Of a stretch of 64,000 bases of DNA, positions 20,691 to 30,127 are shown piece by piece. Source of the stretch: Candidatus Obscuribacteraceae bacterium (GTDB lineage Bacteria > Cyanobacteriota > Vampirovibrionia > Obscuribacterales > Obscuribacteraceae); assembly GCA_044226015.1 (NCBI GenBank), contig JBGAHS010000002.1:689571-753570 (forward strand). Direction: 5' to 3'. The notes under the pieces are model-generated. The model saw only the letters and a program-made list of their open reading frames with translations. It did not search any database and had not been told where the DNA came from. Each line of letters begins with the position of its first letter. Position 1 is the stretch's first letter. The position numbers were made by a program, and so were the translations under genes.

Positions 20691-21707
20691 ATGAACGTTG
20701 AAAGATGGGTTGCAACCAGACAAATTTCCTGGCAAAAGCTGGAGGATCTTCTCCTTCAGGTTGAGAAAAAGGGTCTGCCGAGCCTTAGTAGAGAACAACT
20801 GCAATCACTTGGCAGGCTTTACCGTTCCGCAGCCTCAGACTTGTCCAGGGCAAGAGTCATGGGACTCGGCTTCGACGTTACTGGTTACCTCAACAACCTC
20901 GTCGTCAAAGGGCACAATCAAGTTTATCAGAGTCCGAGAAATCGCTGGCACGACCTCTGGCACTTTCTCTGGATTACATTCCCAACAAACTTCAGAAACA
21001 ACCTTGGCTATGTACTGTTGTCATTTCTTTGTTTCGCAATACCTTTTGCAGTAACCTGGTTCACAGTATTGCAGAACATCAATTTCGCCCACATGGAAAT
21101 GCTTCCGAACCATCCGCTTGTGTCAGACGAACTGTGGTCATACATCGAGGCGAAACAAATGTGGACAGACGCTGTCGCTGGTCACAGCCCGGCTGCCGCG
21201 AGTTTCATAGCAACCAACAACATCAAAGTGGCGCTCATGGCATACGCATTCGGTGCCACCGCCGGTTTAGGAACTCTTTTTGTCCTGTTCACCAATGGTA
21301 TGTCAATCGGAGCAACATTCGCCGTCTGCCAGGTTTATGGAATGGCAGATCGCCTGGGCGCTTTCGTTGCGCCCCATGGAGTCTTCGAGTTGAGTGCCAT
21401 CTATATTAGTGGGGGTGCAGGCTTGATGATGGCGAAAGGCATTTTATTTCCGGGACAAATGCGGCGCACTGACTCAATGAAAAAAATGGCGAAAGAAGGC
21501 TCGCTGCTAGCGTTGGGCTGCATTCCGCTTTTGCTAATTGCCGGAGCCATCGAGGGCTATGTGTCTCCCCGAACCGACATTCCACTCGAATACAAACTTG
21601 CCGTGTCAATTGCAACCGCAGTAGTGCTTCTCTTTTACCTATTTGCACCGCGAACGATACCAACAGAAAAGAAAAAAGAGAATCAAATTCAGACCGTTCC
21701 CGCCTGA
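20691..21707 (+). CDS. SpoIIM/DUF95 family membrane protein
   Basis: IATNNIKVA, APHGVFELSAI, AGAIEGYVS; divergent from RDD gene as commonly seen. Confidence 0.9.
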   Translation: MNVERWVATRQISWQKLEDLLLQVEKKGLPSLSREQLQSLGRLYRSAASDLSRARVMGLGFDVTGYLNNLVVKGHNQVYQSPRNRWHDLWHFLWITFPTNFRNNLGYVLLSFLCFAIPFAVTWFTVLQNINFAHMEMLPNHPLVSDELWSYIEAKQMWTDAVAGHSPAAASFIATNNIKVALMAYAFGATAGLGTLFVLFTNGMSIGATFAVCQVYGMADRLGAFVAPHGVFELSAIYISGGAGLMMAKGILFPGQMRRTDSMKKMAKEGSLLALGCIPLLLIAGAIEGYVSPRTDIPLEYKLAVSIATAVVLLFYLFAPRTIPTEKKKENQIQTVPA

Positions 21708-21711
21708 ACTT

Positions 21712-22470
21712 CTATTTTATTTTGGGAACGCGACCCGTGCCGTGACAAACCGGGCACTTACCTTTGCTCACAGCTTTGCCTTCTTTATCGAACGAAATGA
21801 GCTCTCCAAGATGATGTTCAGAGAATGCTTCCCATGCGCCAGAGTGATTGAACTTGATCCATCGAAGATTTGATTTTTTTCCTTCAGGTGACATGTATTG
21901 CCAGCCAGGCATTGACAGCTTGAGACAATTTGCTGGACAAATACCGCGCTGATAGCAACGAATTGTGCGCGCAGCATTGTCAGCTGTTCGGCGCATTGTC
22001 ATACTTCGAGCATGTTCTTTCAACCAGTCATATTGAACCAACGCTTTTGCGTACTGTTTTTGAGCCTGGTAGGAAGCAGCTAAATATTCGCGCGATTCAT
22101 CGTCTGCTGTCCCCGCGCTCACAAACTTCTCAAATTTTGCAATCGCTTCTTTTGTTTTACCGCTCTTGTACAGCTTAGCGGCTTCGTCAAAACCGGCTGG
22201 TTTAGGCTTTTCAACGGAAGGAAGCGAACGTGGAGCCGCAGGTGGCGATACCGGCGGTGGTGACTGAGCACCTGCTTGCTCTGTGGACCCACCGGCTCCA
22301 TCAGGAGCTTGCTCTGAATCTTTGTCGTCTTTCGACTCGGAAGATTCAATCTTCGGAGGCGGCTTAACCAGCCATGAGTCTGGGCTCTTTTCCTGCGCCG
22401 AAACTGGCGCGGACAGTAGTAAAGCCATTAATAGCGTAGGAAACAATAGACTACTGGCTAAAAATTTCAT
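21712..22470 (-). CDS. Exported TPR-like protein with Cys-rich C-terminus
   Basis: Signal peptide, Pro-rich linker, TPR helices, CPANC and CPVCHGTG. Confidence 0.7.
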   Translation of the reverse strand: MKFLASSLLFPTLLMALLLSAPVSAQEKSPDSWLVKPPPKIESSESKDDKDSEQAPDGAGGSTEQAGAQSPPPVSPPAAPRSLPSVEKPKPAGFDEAAKLYKSGKTKEAIAKFEKFVSAGTADDESREYLAASYQAQKQYAKALVQYDWLKEHARSMTMRRTADNAARTIRCYQRGICPANCLKLSMPGWQYMSPEGKKSNLRWIKFNHSGAWEAFSEHHLGELISFDKEGKAVSKGKCPVCHGTGRVPKIK

Positions 22471-22632
22471 GATAGCGTCCTCTAGACCCACCTCATTCTA
22501 ACCCTGGGTTAGAGGCATCAAAAGCTAATACTGTTCAAAATGCATCTTTTGTCACAAATTTGCATCAGAAGCAGGCTGGAAGCCGGCGCTCTCCCAGGCA
22601 AGCTCCTTCTCACATCTTCTGGGACCAGACGA

Positions 22633-22790
22633 GGCATACATGGATCGACGCCACATAGATTCGCAGACATGGACTCCTGCCACGTTGATCCGCATACATG
22701 GATCCGTTCCACATTGATTCGCATACATGGCACATCTATTCGCAGACATGGACTCCGTGCCACGTTGATCCGCATACATGGATTCGCACA
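22633..22790. repeat. Degenerate ~29-30 bp tandem repeat
   Basis: About six units like GAT(T/C)CGCA(G/T)ACATGGA..C.TGCCACGTT. Confidence 0.8.
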
Positions 22791-22862
22791 CAAAATAGTT
22801 GGGGAGCGGGGCGGCAGCTTGCAGCACACAGAAACTGTACGAGACAGAATAATTAGAATCTC

Positions 22863-22896
22863 AAAAAGCAGTAAAGGCAGCTTGCGCTGCCTCTGC
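22863..22896 (-). terminator. Intrinsic terminator
   Basis: GCAG-AGGCAGC-GCAA-GCTGCCT-TTACTGC-TTTTT on minus strand. Confidence 0.8.
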
Positions 22897-23266
22897 TGTG
22901 TCTTCCCCTAAAAAAGTCTTTGTCTTTTACCGCTATTTTGTCTATTACCGCTATGCCTGTAATTTATTGCTCTCTTCGATATCCCATTGGGCAGAGGTCT
23001 AACTTCCACCTCCTCCACATCAGCCGTCCTCTGCCTTGTGGGATTTCGATTTGGCGCTTCCTTTTAGTCGGTCATGAAAACTTTGCACATTGTGTCTTTA
23101 TTAGAATCCTTCCGGAAGAGATGACTTCCACCCAACCACCACTATCAACTTCATGCCATCTCTTCCGGGGATTCGTTCCGCTCCTGTCTAAATCAAACTT
23201 TCAATCAATCTTTGTTGGACTTCACGATTTCTCTTTTCTGCTTCGCTCGCTCTCTCGTCTCTCAAC
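22863..23266 (-). ncRNA. Candidate structured sRNA (or long structured 3' UTR)
   Basis: Two long hairpins (23104-23174, 22976-23049) with G-U pairs favouring the minus strand, similar loops ending GGUGGAAG, GCAA-loop terminator, TAGTAT -10 at 23278-23273. Confidence 0.5.
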
Positions 23267-23328
23267 TCTCTTATACTATTTCTTTTTTGTAGGGAACGTG
23301 TGAGCCGTTCGTGAGGGTTTTGTGAGTC

Positions 23329-23706
23329 CTAGTGCCTGACTGGAACAGTTTGTCGGGTCAAGCTTTCCTTGGCTTTGCACGCAACATATGCATTCTCATC
23401 CTCAGTGAGAATTTTGAGAAGATCGACCGGTGCATCGAGATTTTCAGCAACGCCATAACGCACAGTTGCGAGGTCATCACATGCGAGCTTCTCCATAATT
23501 CGATAGGAGATGCATGGGTTTTGCGCGACGCTTAAACGCACGTCCCAATTTGCATCTGAAGCGAGCTCTTCCAAAATCGCATCAGGCGTGTGCGGATTAG
23601 ACGCTACTTGCCTGCGTATAACATGGTCTTGCGCTGTGGCCAATTTGGCCAGTACCTTTCCCGGCGTATGCGGGTTGCTTGCTATTACATAATAAACATC
23701 TGACAT
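23329..23706 (-). CDS. Leucine-rich-variant/HEAT repeat protein
   Basis: Repeats of VRxxVAxNPxTP. Confidence 0.85.
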   Translation of the reverse strand: MSDVYYVIASNPHTPGKVLAKLATAQDHVIRRQVASNPHTPDAILEELASDANWDVRLSVAQNPCISYRIMEKLACDDLATVRYGVAENLDAPVDLLKILTEDENAYVACKAKESLTRQTVPVRH

Positions 23707-23744
23707 GACTGTAAACTCCTAAATTCTGATGACGCTCAGTTCCA

Positions 23745-24170
23745 CTAATTGCAGTGACTATGCTCTGCCCACAGGTCATTTATTACCGAGAGAACCTGTT
23801 GCAACTTTGCTCCATTCACCGGCTTCACCATGTAATAGTTCATGTGAGAATCCAGGGCGCGTTGAATATCATTTTGATCATCTGACACAGTTAGCAAGAC
23901 AACGGGAATGTCATCTGCCTTAAGCAAAGTATGTACCTCTTCAAGGAATTCATGTCCTCCTTTTCGAGGCATGTTCAAGTCCAAAATAATAAGATCAGGT
24001 CGCGAAGCTTTTGAATACTCGCCATCCTTCTTTATGTAGCTGATTGCGTGCTCACCATCAGTCACAGCATGCAGATCAACATCAATGTGACAGTCTGCAA
24101 TTGCTTCTTCAACAAGGCGGCGATCAGCTGCGTGATCTTCGACTAAAAGTACATTCAATTTCTTATTCAT
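23745..24170 (-). CDS. Single-domain response regulator (Rcp1/CheY-like)
   Basis: LLVED, PDLIILDLNMP, VKP; no output domain. Confidence 0.92.
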   Translation of the reverse strand: MNKKLNVLLVEDHAADRRLVEEAIADCHIDVDLHAVTDGEHAISYIKKDGEYSKASRPDLIILDLNMPRKGGHEFLEEVHTLLKADDIPVVLLTVSDDQNDIQRALDSHMNYYMVKPVNGAKLQQVLSVINDLWAEHSHCN

Positions 24171-24196
24171 AAAACCTCCACCACGAACATTTCGAA

Positions 24197-25411
24197 CTAG
24201 GACTTACTTGGAATTTTGAAACAGAATCGCGCTCCTTTGCCGTGTTCTGATTCCACCCAGATTTCACCGCTATGCTGGACAACGATTGCTTTGCATATCG
24301 CCAGTCCCAATCCACTGCCTGGGTAAGTTTGCGTTGAGTGCAGTCGTTTGAACATCTCAAATATTTGACGTTGATACTGCCTTTCTATACCAATTCCGTT
24401 ATCTTGCACTGCAAAAATATAGCCTGAATCATACTTTTCGCAAGAGACATGGATTACCGGAGCCCGGTCAGCACTCTGAAATTTTAGAGCGTTGCCTATT
24501 AAATTTTGGAACAGCTGAGTAAGCTGAATTTTGTTTGCAATTAAGCGAGGCAATTCGTCGTGCGTGACTGTGGCTCCGGTCTCCGTGATCTTCACTTGCA
24601 GGTTGGCACAGGCATCCTCGAGGGCTTTCTCCACCTCCACATTCTCAAACTTCCTGGTGCTGTACGACACCGTCGCGTGCTCAAGAATGCCTTTAACCAA
24701 CCGCTCCATGCGTTTCGTGCCATCAACTATGTATTCAAGAAATTCATTTCCGCTTGCATCAAGCTTGTCTTTATACCTCGACTCTAACAATCCGACGTAG
24801 CCTTGAATAGCTCGAAGTGGCTCTTGCAAATCGTGCGATGCTACTCGCGCAAATTGCTGCAACATAGCGTTCGACCTGCCTAACTCATCTACCGTTCTTC
24901 GAAGCTTCTCCGCTGTGATTTTGTTTTTCGCAATTTCCTCCGACAATTGCTTGTTCGATGCAGCCAACTCAGAGGTGCGCAATGCGACGGTATCCTCGAG
25001 TTCCACAGCGCTTCTTCTTATGTGCGCGGTGCTGCGATTAGTCAACAAAATCATGAGAAGCATTATCGAAAACGGCAACGCATGACTAAAATCAAATTGG
25101 AAGATGGGCTGCGTAAAGAAATAGTCAAATAGAACGAGACTAAGAATACTTGCCCATAGTGCTGGTCCAAGGGTCGATCGGTATGCCAGCAGATATGTGG
25201 TGGCGAAGTACAGCATAATCACATCAATTAGACTGAATCGATAGCCGCCCTGAAAACACAGGTAGGTCACACTCGAGATTGCAACTGTAGCAATCAGATA
25301 TTGCATCGTCAATGATTCTAAATGCGGGGGATTTAAGACCCTATCTAGAAAGTTGTCTATGCACATCCTTGGGTCGTTGCCACATTTTTGGTTTTCAACG
25401 AGCGTGGTCAT
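24197..25411 (-). CDS. Sensor histidine kinase with DUF4118-like TM domain and Cph1-type kinase core
   Basis: FARVASHDLQEPLR, QLFQNLIGNA, GSGLGLAI; four TM helices. Confidence 0.9.
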   Translation of the reverse strand: MTTLVENQKCGNDPRMCIDNFLDRVLNPPHLESLTMQYLIATVAISSVTYLCFQGGYRFSLIDVIMLYFATTYLLAYRSTLGPALWASILSLVLFDYFFTQPIFQFDFSHALPFSIMLLMILLTNRSTAHIRRSAVELEDTVALRTSELAASNKQLSEEIAKNKITAEKLRRTVDELGRSNAMLQQFARVASHDLQEPLRAIQGYVGLLESRYKDKLDASGNEFLEYIVDGTKRMERLVKGILEHATVSYSTRKFENVEVEKALEDACANLQVKITETGATVTHDELPRLIANKIQLTQLFQNLIGNALKFQSADRAPVIHVSCEKYDSGYIFAVQDNGIGIERQYQRQIFEMFKRLHSTQTYPGSGLGLAICKAIVVQHSGEIWVESEHGKGARFCFKIPSKS

Positions 25412-25454
25412 TTGTGCGTTTCCTCTTCCAATGATTCGATAATATCGCTTTGTT

Positions 25455-25514
25455 GTGGGGGTCTTGTGAGAACGAAGTGATGATTTCGTGAGTAAATTGT
25501 GAGGAACTCGTGAG
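25455..25514. promoter_or_regulatory. 11-bp-phased GTGAG direct-repeat array (second array at 23300-23326)
   Basis: GTGGG/GTGAG/GTGAT/GTGAG/GTGAG/GTGAG at 25455, 25466, 25477, 25488, 25499, 25510. Confidence 0.65.
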
Positions 25515-25884
25515 GAATGCGCCCTGAGCAAGTTCTCCAAGACGCGCCAGAGTCCGCAGCAGAAGAGCGTTTCAAGAACCATGCCATTTCATGCCTGAAG
25601 ACACAAGTGTAACTTTGCTCGCAAAAAATAATTCTGCTCCGCTGCAGCATCAGATCCATTTCTATGCAAAATCAGAATTATTCCGCTGCAACATCAGATC
25701 AATTGCGAAGGAAAATCAGATCGCAGAACGAGCAATTGGCTTATAAGCAGCCTGGAAGCCTGCGTTCCCAGGCGATGTTCCTCTTCCTATGCATGACCAA
25801 ACAAACTTGCTATGCTTGATCATATAATTTCGATCTTGACCGGATCACTTGCTATGCTAATAAGGAATGTAGGAGAAATTTCCA

Positions 25885-26241
25885 GTGAACACATTTACTG
25901 AAACAGTTATCACTTCCTTATCCGCAACTAGCACCCTGGACGCCGCATTTCGCAAACTGAAAGAATGGAAATTTCCACTTGCAAAAATGGAGCCCATCGC
26001 GCAGGACGAATTTAGTCACGACATAGTGATACCATTTCGAGATAACAAACAGCATTTAGTTATCAGCGCGACATGACTGGGAGTAATAACGGCGGTCGCC
26101 GTCTGGCAGCATAAACCCAGTCCTAACGAACTCTTAAGCCATCGACTGAGTAATGGATGGCAAGCGCAGAGCTCTGAGCTTGTGGATGGTCCAAAGATTC
26201 TCGGCCATGCGAGTTGCCTCGGCTCCAATCTCGAGAGCTAA
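25885..26241 (+). CDS. Candidate selenoprotein (UGA at codon 64 read through), 118 aa
   Basis: AGGAG RBS; frame stays open 54 codons after TGA 26074-26076 to TAA abutting the convergent gene; SECIS-like hairpin directly downstream. Confidence 0.7.
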
Positions 26242-28082
26242 TGAGATCTCCTCTTCTCAATTTTTTCCATCATCGCTTCTTCTGATATCAGAGTATCAAT
26301 CCCAGTGCTAACACCGACCTCATCGTCAGCTCTTTCCTGCAGCAGACCAGCATCTTTATCATCCCCAAGTGAACGCAGAACAGAGACACAAGAGCGCATC
26401 TCTTGAGTGTGTCTTGCTGACCTCATGTATGGCATAGACAGCCACTGCCGCGCTGCCTTCTTGGCATACTCCAAGGCCTTCTCATTCATTTTATTCATAG
26501 CGCAGACTTGAGCGCGTCCAAGAAAGATGAGGTTTTCGCATTCTGCTTTATCTACCTTATCTCGTGCTTGCACTTGCGCACCCTCATTCAACATTTGTTC
26601 GGCTAGCTGAGCCTCACCAGTAACAATTCTGCAGTTAGCAGCATCGGCAAAGTATCTGACACTATCTACTTCTTCTTCACTCGCTGCTCTGGCAAGTCTT
26701 GCAGCAATCAAGTACAAATTTGCAGTAATCTTGTTCGGAAACAGCCTCTTCGGCTGCTCATATGCCATAGTACGCAAGGCGACTTCCAGCCCGAAAGAAT
26801 CTTTCAATCTTGCATTTACCGCCAACTCTGCGATCTTTCCCGAAGACAAATACAGCTTATTCATGGTTTCCGAATCTTTTGGCGGCGAATTGTGCAAACA
26901 GGTTAGGAGGCTTCTGATTGCGGAAGCCAATTCGTCGCCCGCAGCTACAGAATTTTTTTGCTCAAGAAACTTCTCACATGATTTTATACTCGATTGCATG
27001 CGAGTATAGATGTAATTTGCACGCGCTCTGCGGGCATCAAGTGCAAGTTTCGGTTTCAACTGGCTATTTAGTGAATCATTCTTAAGAGAATTACTTGTAT
27101 TGGCGAGCAGAAGCAGACCAATTCCCAAAACCGCAGAGATGGAGACTGCTGCAAGAACAAGAAACCTACCGCCTCCTTTCTTACTTTTTCGCTGCTCGAT
27201 GTTGATTGCTACTGTATCATCACCAAGTTCATTCAACAGCAAATCAATCGACTCTGCAAACTCAGCCATAGATTGAAATCGTCTCTCAGCTTGCTTTGCA
27301 GTTGCACGCTGCAATAGCTCATTTAGAAACCTATTTTGATTTTTGCCCAAGCCTGTTTTCAATTCAGGCAGAGTCTCGTTGATATGCTTATAAATGATGC
27401 CAACCGGAGTGTCCGCAACAAAAGGCACCTCACCAGTTATTATCTCGAACAAACAAATTCCCAGGGAATAAATATCAGCGCGGTGATCAACACGCTGCCC
27501 GGTGCATTGCTCAGGGCTCATATAGTTCACACTACCAACCAGAAACCCTGTCTTGGTCAACTTTATTTCACGCTCTTCTTGAAGTTTCGCAAGTCCAAAA
27601 TCGAGAATTTTGATGGTATCAGGCTCAGGCTCATCAACAAGAATAAAATTCTCCGGTTTTAAGTCACGATGAATAACACCTTCATGGTGCGCAAACTCCA
27701 TTGCATTCGCTAAATCTCTTATGATTTTGAGAGAACGAACATAGTTTAATCGCCTTTCAACAATCAGACGTCGAGCACTAACTCCTGAAATGTATTCCAT
27801 CACCAGATATGGTGCAAAAGATGAACTCACGCCTGCGTGGTAGATGCTTACGATGTTCAAGTGTTTAAGCTTGCCCAGGCTCAGGGCCTCACGAATGACC
27901 CGTTCTTTAAATACTTCGTCCGATTCCTCCACAACTTCAAAGATTTTGATAGCAACTAAACGGTCGGCATCTAGCTGTCGCGCTTTAAAAACTGATCCGA
28001 AGGCTCCCGTTCCCAATAGCTCAAGTAGCTCGTACCGATCGTCGAACGTCTTGCCTACCATGCTTTTGGGCGATAATTGCAT
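26238..28082 (-). CDS. Ser/Thr protein kinase with TM helix and helical C-terminal domain
   Basis: LGTGAFGSVF, HRDLKPEN, DFGLAK. Confidence 0.93.
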   Translation of the reverse strand: MQLSPKSMVGKTFDDRYELLELLGTGAFGSVFKARQLDADRLVAIKIFEVVEESDEVFKERVIREALSLGKLKHLNIVSIYHAGVSSSFAPYLVMEYISGVSARRLIVERRLNYVRSLKIIRDLANAMEFAHHEGVIHRDLKPENFILVDEPEPDTIKILDFGLAKLQEEREIKLTKTGFLVGSVNYMSPEQCTGQRVDHRADIYSLGICLFEIITGEVPFVADTPVGIIYKHINETLPELKTGLGKNQNRFLNELLQRATAKQAERRFQSMAEFAESIDLLLNELGDDTVAINIEQRKSKKGGGRFLVLAAVSISAVLGIGLLLLANTSNSLKNDSLNSQLKPKLALDARRARANYIYTRMQSSIKSCEKFLEQKNSVAAGDELASAIRSLLTCLHNSPPKDSETMNKLYLSSGKIAELAVNARLKDSFGLEVALRTMAYEQPKRLFPNKITANLYLIAARLARAASEEEVDSVRYFADAANCRIVTGEAQLAEQMLNEGAQVQARDKVDKAECENLIFLGRAQVCAMNKMNEKALEYAKKAARQWLSMPYMRSARHTQEMRSCVSVLRSLGDDKDAGLLQERADDEVGVSTGIDTLISEEAMMEKIEKRRSH

Positions 28083-28097
28083 CGATTTGTGGGGACC

Positions 28098-28127
28098 TTG
28101 ACGCTAAAAATGAAAACGATTATCATT
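28098..28127 (+). promoter_or_regulatory. Promoter with overlapping Fur-family box
   Basis: TTGACG-17-TATCAT; TGAAAAC-G-ATTATCA (28111-28125) resembles the 7-1-7 Fur consensus TGATAAT-N-ATTATCA. Confidence 0.65.
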
Positions 28128-28196
28128 AATATACAGTCAGCATAGTGCGTAAAAGTGTATTTTCCCAGAATACTGACTGCTTAAGAGTTAGAACAA

Positions 28197-28718
28197 ATGT
28201 GTCAGTCCGCAGATGATTCCATCGCAGTAAACCACCGTCCGTGCATTGGGCGGCATGGCAAAACGGAAAAAACGCCAGTGGGCGCTCACTCTGAGCTGCA
28301 CGGTTCTGTAGACCTGTCGCAGATCAATATTGTAGCCAATGAAAACTCCTGGTCCTTAGACAAGCTGGGAATTCTTGCCAGCACAATTTGCATGGTGCAT
28401 TGCATCAGCATGCCACTTCTGATTAGCGCTCTGCCTTTTGTTGGGGCAGGATTCTTGGAGTCCGACTTCACTCATGAAGTACTGGCGGCCTTTGTTCTGG
28501 TTTTTGCTTTAGCTTCGCTCGTACCAAGCTATCTGAAGTACAAAGACAACGTTATTCTAGCCGGGCTCATCGCAGGTCTCAGCACGGTTATGTTTGCGAC
28601 ATTTTTTGTTGAAAAAACACTTGGGCACGGCTGGGAAATGCCACTTATAAGCGTCGGCAACATAATAATCGTTTTGACCCATTTGCGTAATCGCAAGCAT
28701 TTAGCCTGCAAACACTAG
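28197..28718 (+). CDS. MerC-domain membrane protein
   Basis: LDKLGILASTICMVHC, four TM helices, terminal H-x-x-N. Confidence 0.85.
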   Translation: MCQSADDSIAVNHRPCIGRHGKTEKTPVGAHSELHGSVDLSQINIVANENSWSLDKLGILASTICMVHCISMPLLISALPFVGAGFLESDFTHEVLAAFVLVFALASLVPSYLKYKDNVILAGLIAGLSTVMFATFFVEKTLGHGWEMPLISVGNIIIVLTHLRNRKHLACKH

Positions 28719-28719
28719 A

Positions 28720-28819
28720 ATTGCAAATCCAAATTGCAGATCCCGGATTGCAAATCCAAATTGCAGGTCCCCGATTGCAGCTCCAGATTGCAGATTCTCG
28801 ATTGCAATTCCAGATTGCT
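28720..28819. repeat. Degenerate 13-14 bp tandem repeat between convergent genes
   Basis: ATTGCA(A/G)nnnCC(A/G) units, about eight copies. Confidence 0.75.
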
Positions 28820-28837
28820 GTAACAGATGCGCTGCGA

Positions 28838-30127
28838 TTAGTGTTTCTCGACCGCGTCGAGGTCAACTTTTCTTCCAAAGAAGGTTGACTGACCAATCGT
28901 TGGAATAGTTATGGTAAAAGTCGTTCCTTTGCCCAGCTCACTGGCAACAGCGATGGTGCCTCCGTGAGATTCCGTGATAGCCTTCACAATAGCCAGACCC
29001 AAACCGGCTCCACCCTTTGCACGCGAACGAGATTCATCGACTCGGAAGAACCGCTCAAATATTCTATCCAGAGCTTCTGCAGGAATGCCAACACCAGTGT
29101 CTGAAATTCTCAGCACCAAATTGCTTCCCGATAAATTAAGAGTGACCGTGACAGTGCCACCACTATTAGTGTAGTTGAGCGCATTCTCGAAAAGGTTGGC
29201 GAGCATGCGATAGAGAGCATCTTTGTCGCCACTAACTCTTGTAGGTGTTATTTCATCAGCCTTTAATTCAATGCCTTTGTCTTCATAGAGGTCTCCAAAT
29301 TCACCCAGAACTTCTCGAAGCAACATATCAAAACGAAGAGGTATCAGCTTCAAGGCAAGGCTCGATTGTTCAGATTTTGTCAATAACAACAGGTCTGCAA
29401 CGAGTCTTTGCATTCTGTCAGCAGTTCTACTAATAACCTCGACTCTATCAGTTGCTGCTTTATTTCCTTCCAGATCAGCAAGCAGATTGTCACAGGTTGC
29501 ATGAATTACAGCAATCGGTGTTTTCAGCTCGTGCCCCGCATCAGACATGAAGCGGCGCAGAATAGCAAAAGTGTCCTCTATAGGCCGCAAAGCTCTGCTG
29601 GCAAAGATATAACCAGCTGCGGCAAGTGCAACAATCAAGATAGGCGCCGTTGTATACAAAGCTTCGAGATATTCAGCAATTGCATGTTCTCTATGAGCGG
29701 TCGAAAGTTGAATTTGAATGAACCCTACTTTCTTTCCCTGATTATTGGTTACTTCTTCAGCCAGGGTGCGCAAATGCACCGCAGAGAATGGAACTTCGGA
29801 GGTTCCAATTCTCATGAGCGCCTTAGAACCGACAGGACCATGCTGAACAATCAATCTTCTATCGGCACCAAACAAGGTGACAGTTGGAGACAGAATCAGA
29901 TTTGAAATACTCAGCTCTTTCGGGGGCTGGCGCAAAGAAAGTGCGTCGTCAAAGCCAACTTCGACAGATGGCAGTATCACAGAATATATTTCCTGCAATT
30001 GCTCATCTAATGATTGCGAAAGTCCATGGTGAAAAAAATACGCCGATATAACTGACAAGCAAACAAACGCGGTAATTGAGAGAATCAAAAACTTGCCAGT
30101 CAGGTTGAAGCGCAGACTTTTGAACAT
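28838..30127 (-). CDS. Sensor histidine kinase
   Basis: DAGHELKTP, NLFENA, GGAGLGLAI; two TM helices. Confidence 0.93.
   Translation of the reverse strand: MFKSLRFNLTGKFLILSITAFVCLSVISAYFFHHGLSQSLDEQLQEIYSVILPSVEVGFDDALSLRQPPKELSISNLILSPTVTLFGADRRLIVQHGPVGSKALMRIGTSEVPFSAVHLRTLAEEVTNNQGKKVGFIQIQLSTAHREHAIAEYLEALYTTAPILIVALAAAGYIFASRALRPIEDTFAILRRFMSDAGHELKTPIAVIHATCDNLLADLEGNKAATDRVEVISRTADRMQRLVADLLLLTKSEQSSLALKLIPLRFDMLLREVLGEFGDLYEDKGIELKADEITPTRVSGDKDALYRMLANLFENALNYTNSGGTVTVTLNLSGSNLVLRISDTGVGIPAEALDRIFERFFRVDESRSRAKGGAGLGLAIVKAITESHGGTIAVASELGKGTTFTITIPTIGQSTFFGRKVDLDAVEKH

Noticed and set aside
20691..21707. Evidence of sporulation from the SpoIIM-like gene
   Set aside because: DUF95/RDD pairs are widespread in non-sporulating bacteria
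22518..22911. Overlapping ORFs on both strands
   Set aside because: Products of the tandem repeat and REP-like sequence; no protein-like features
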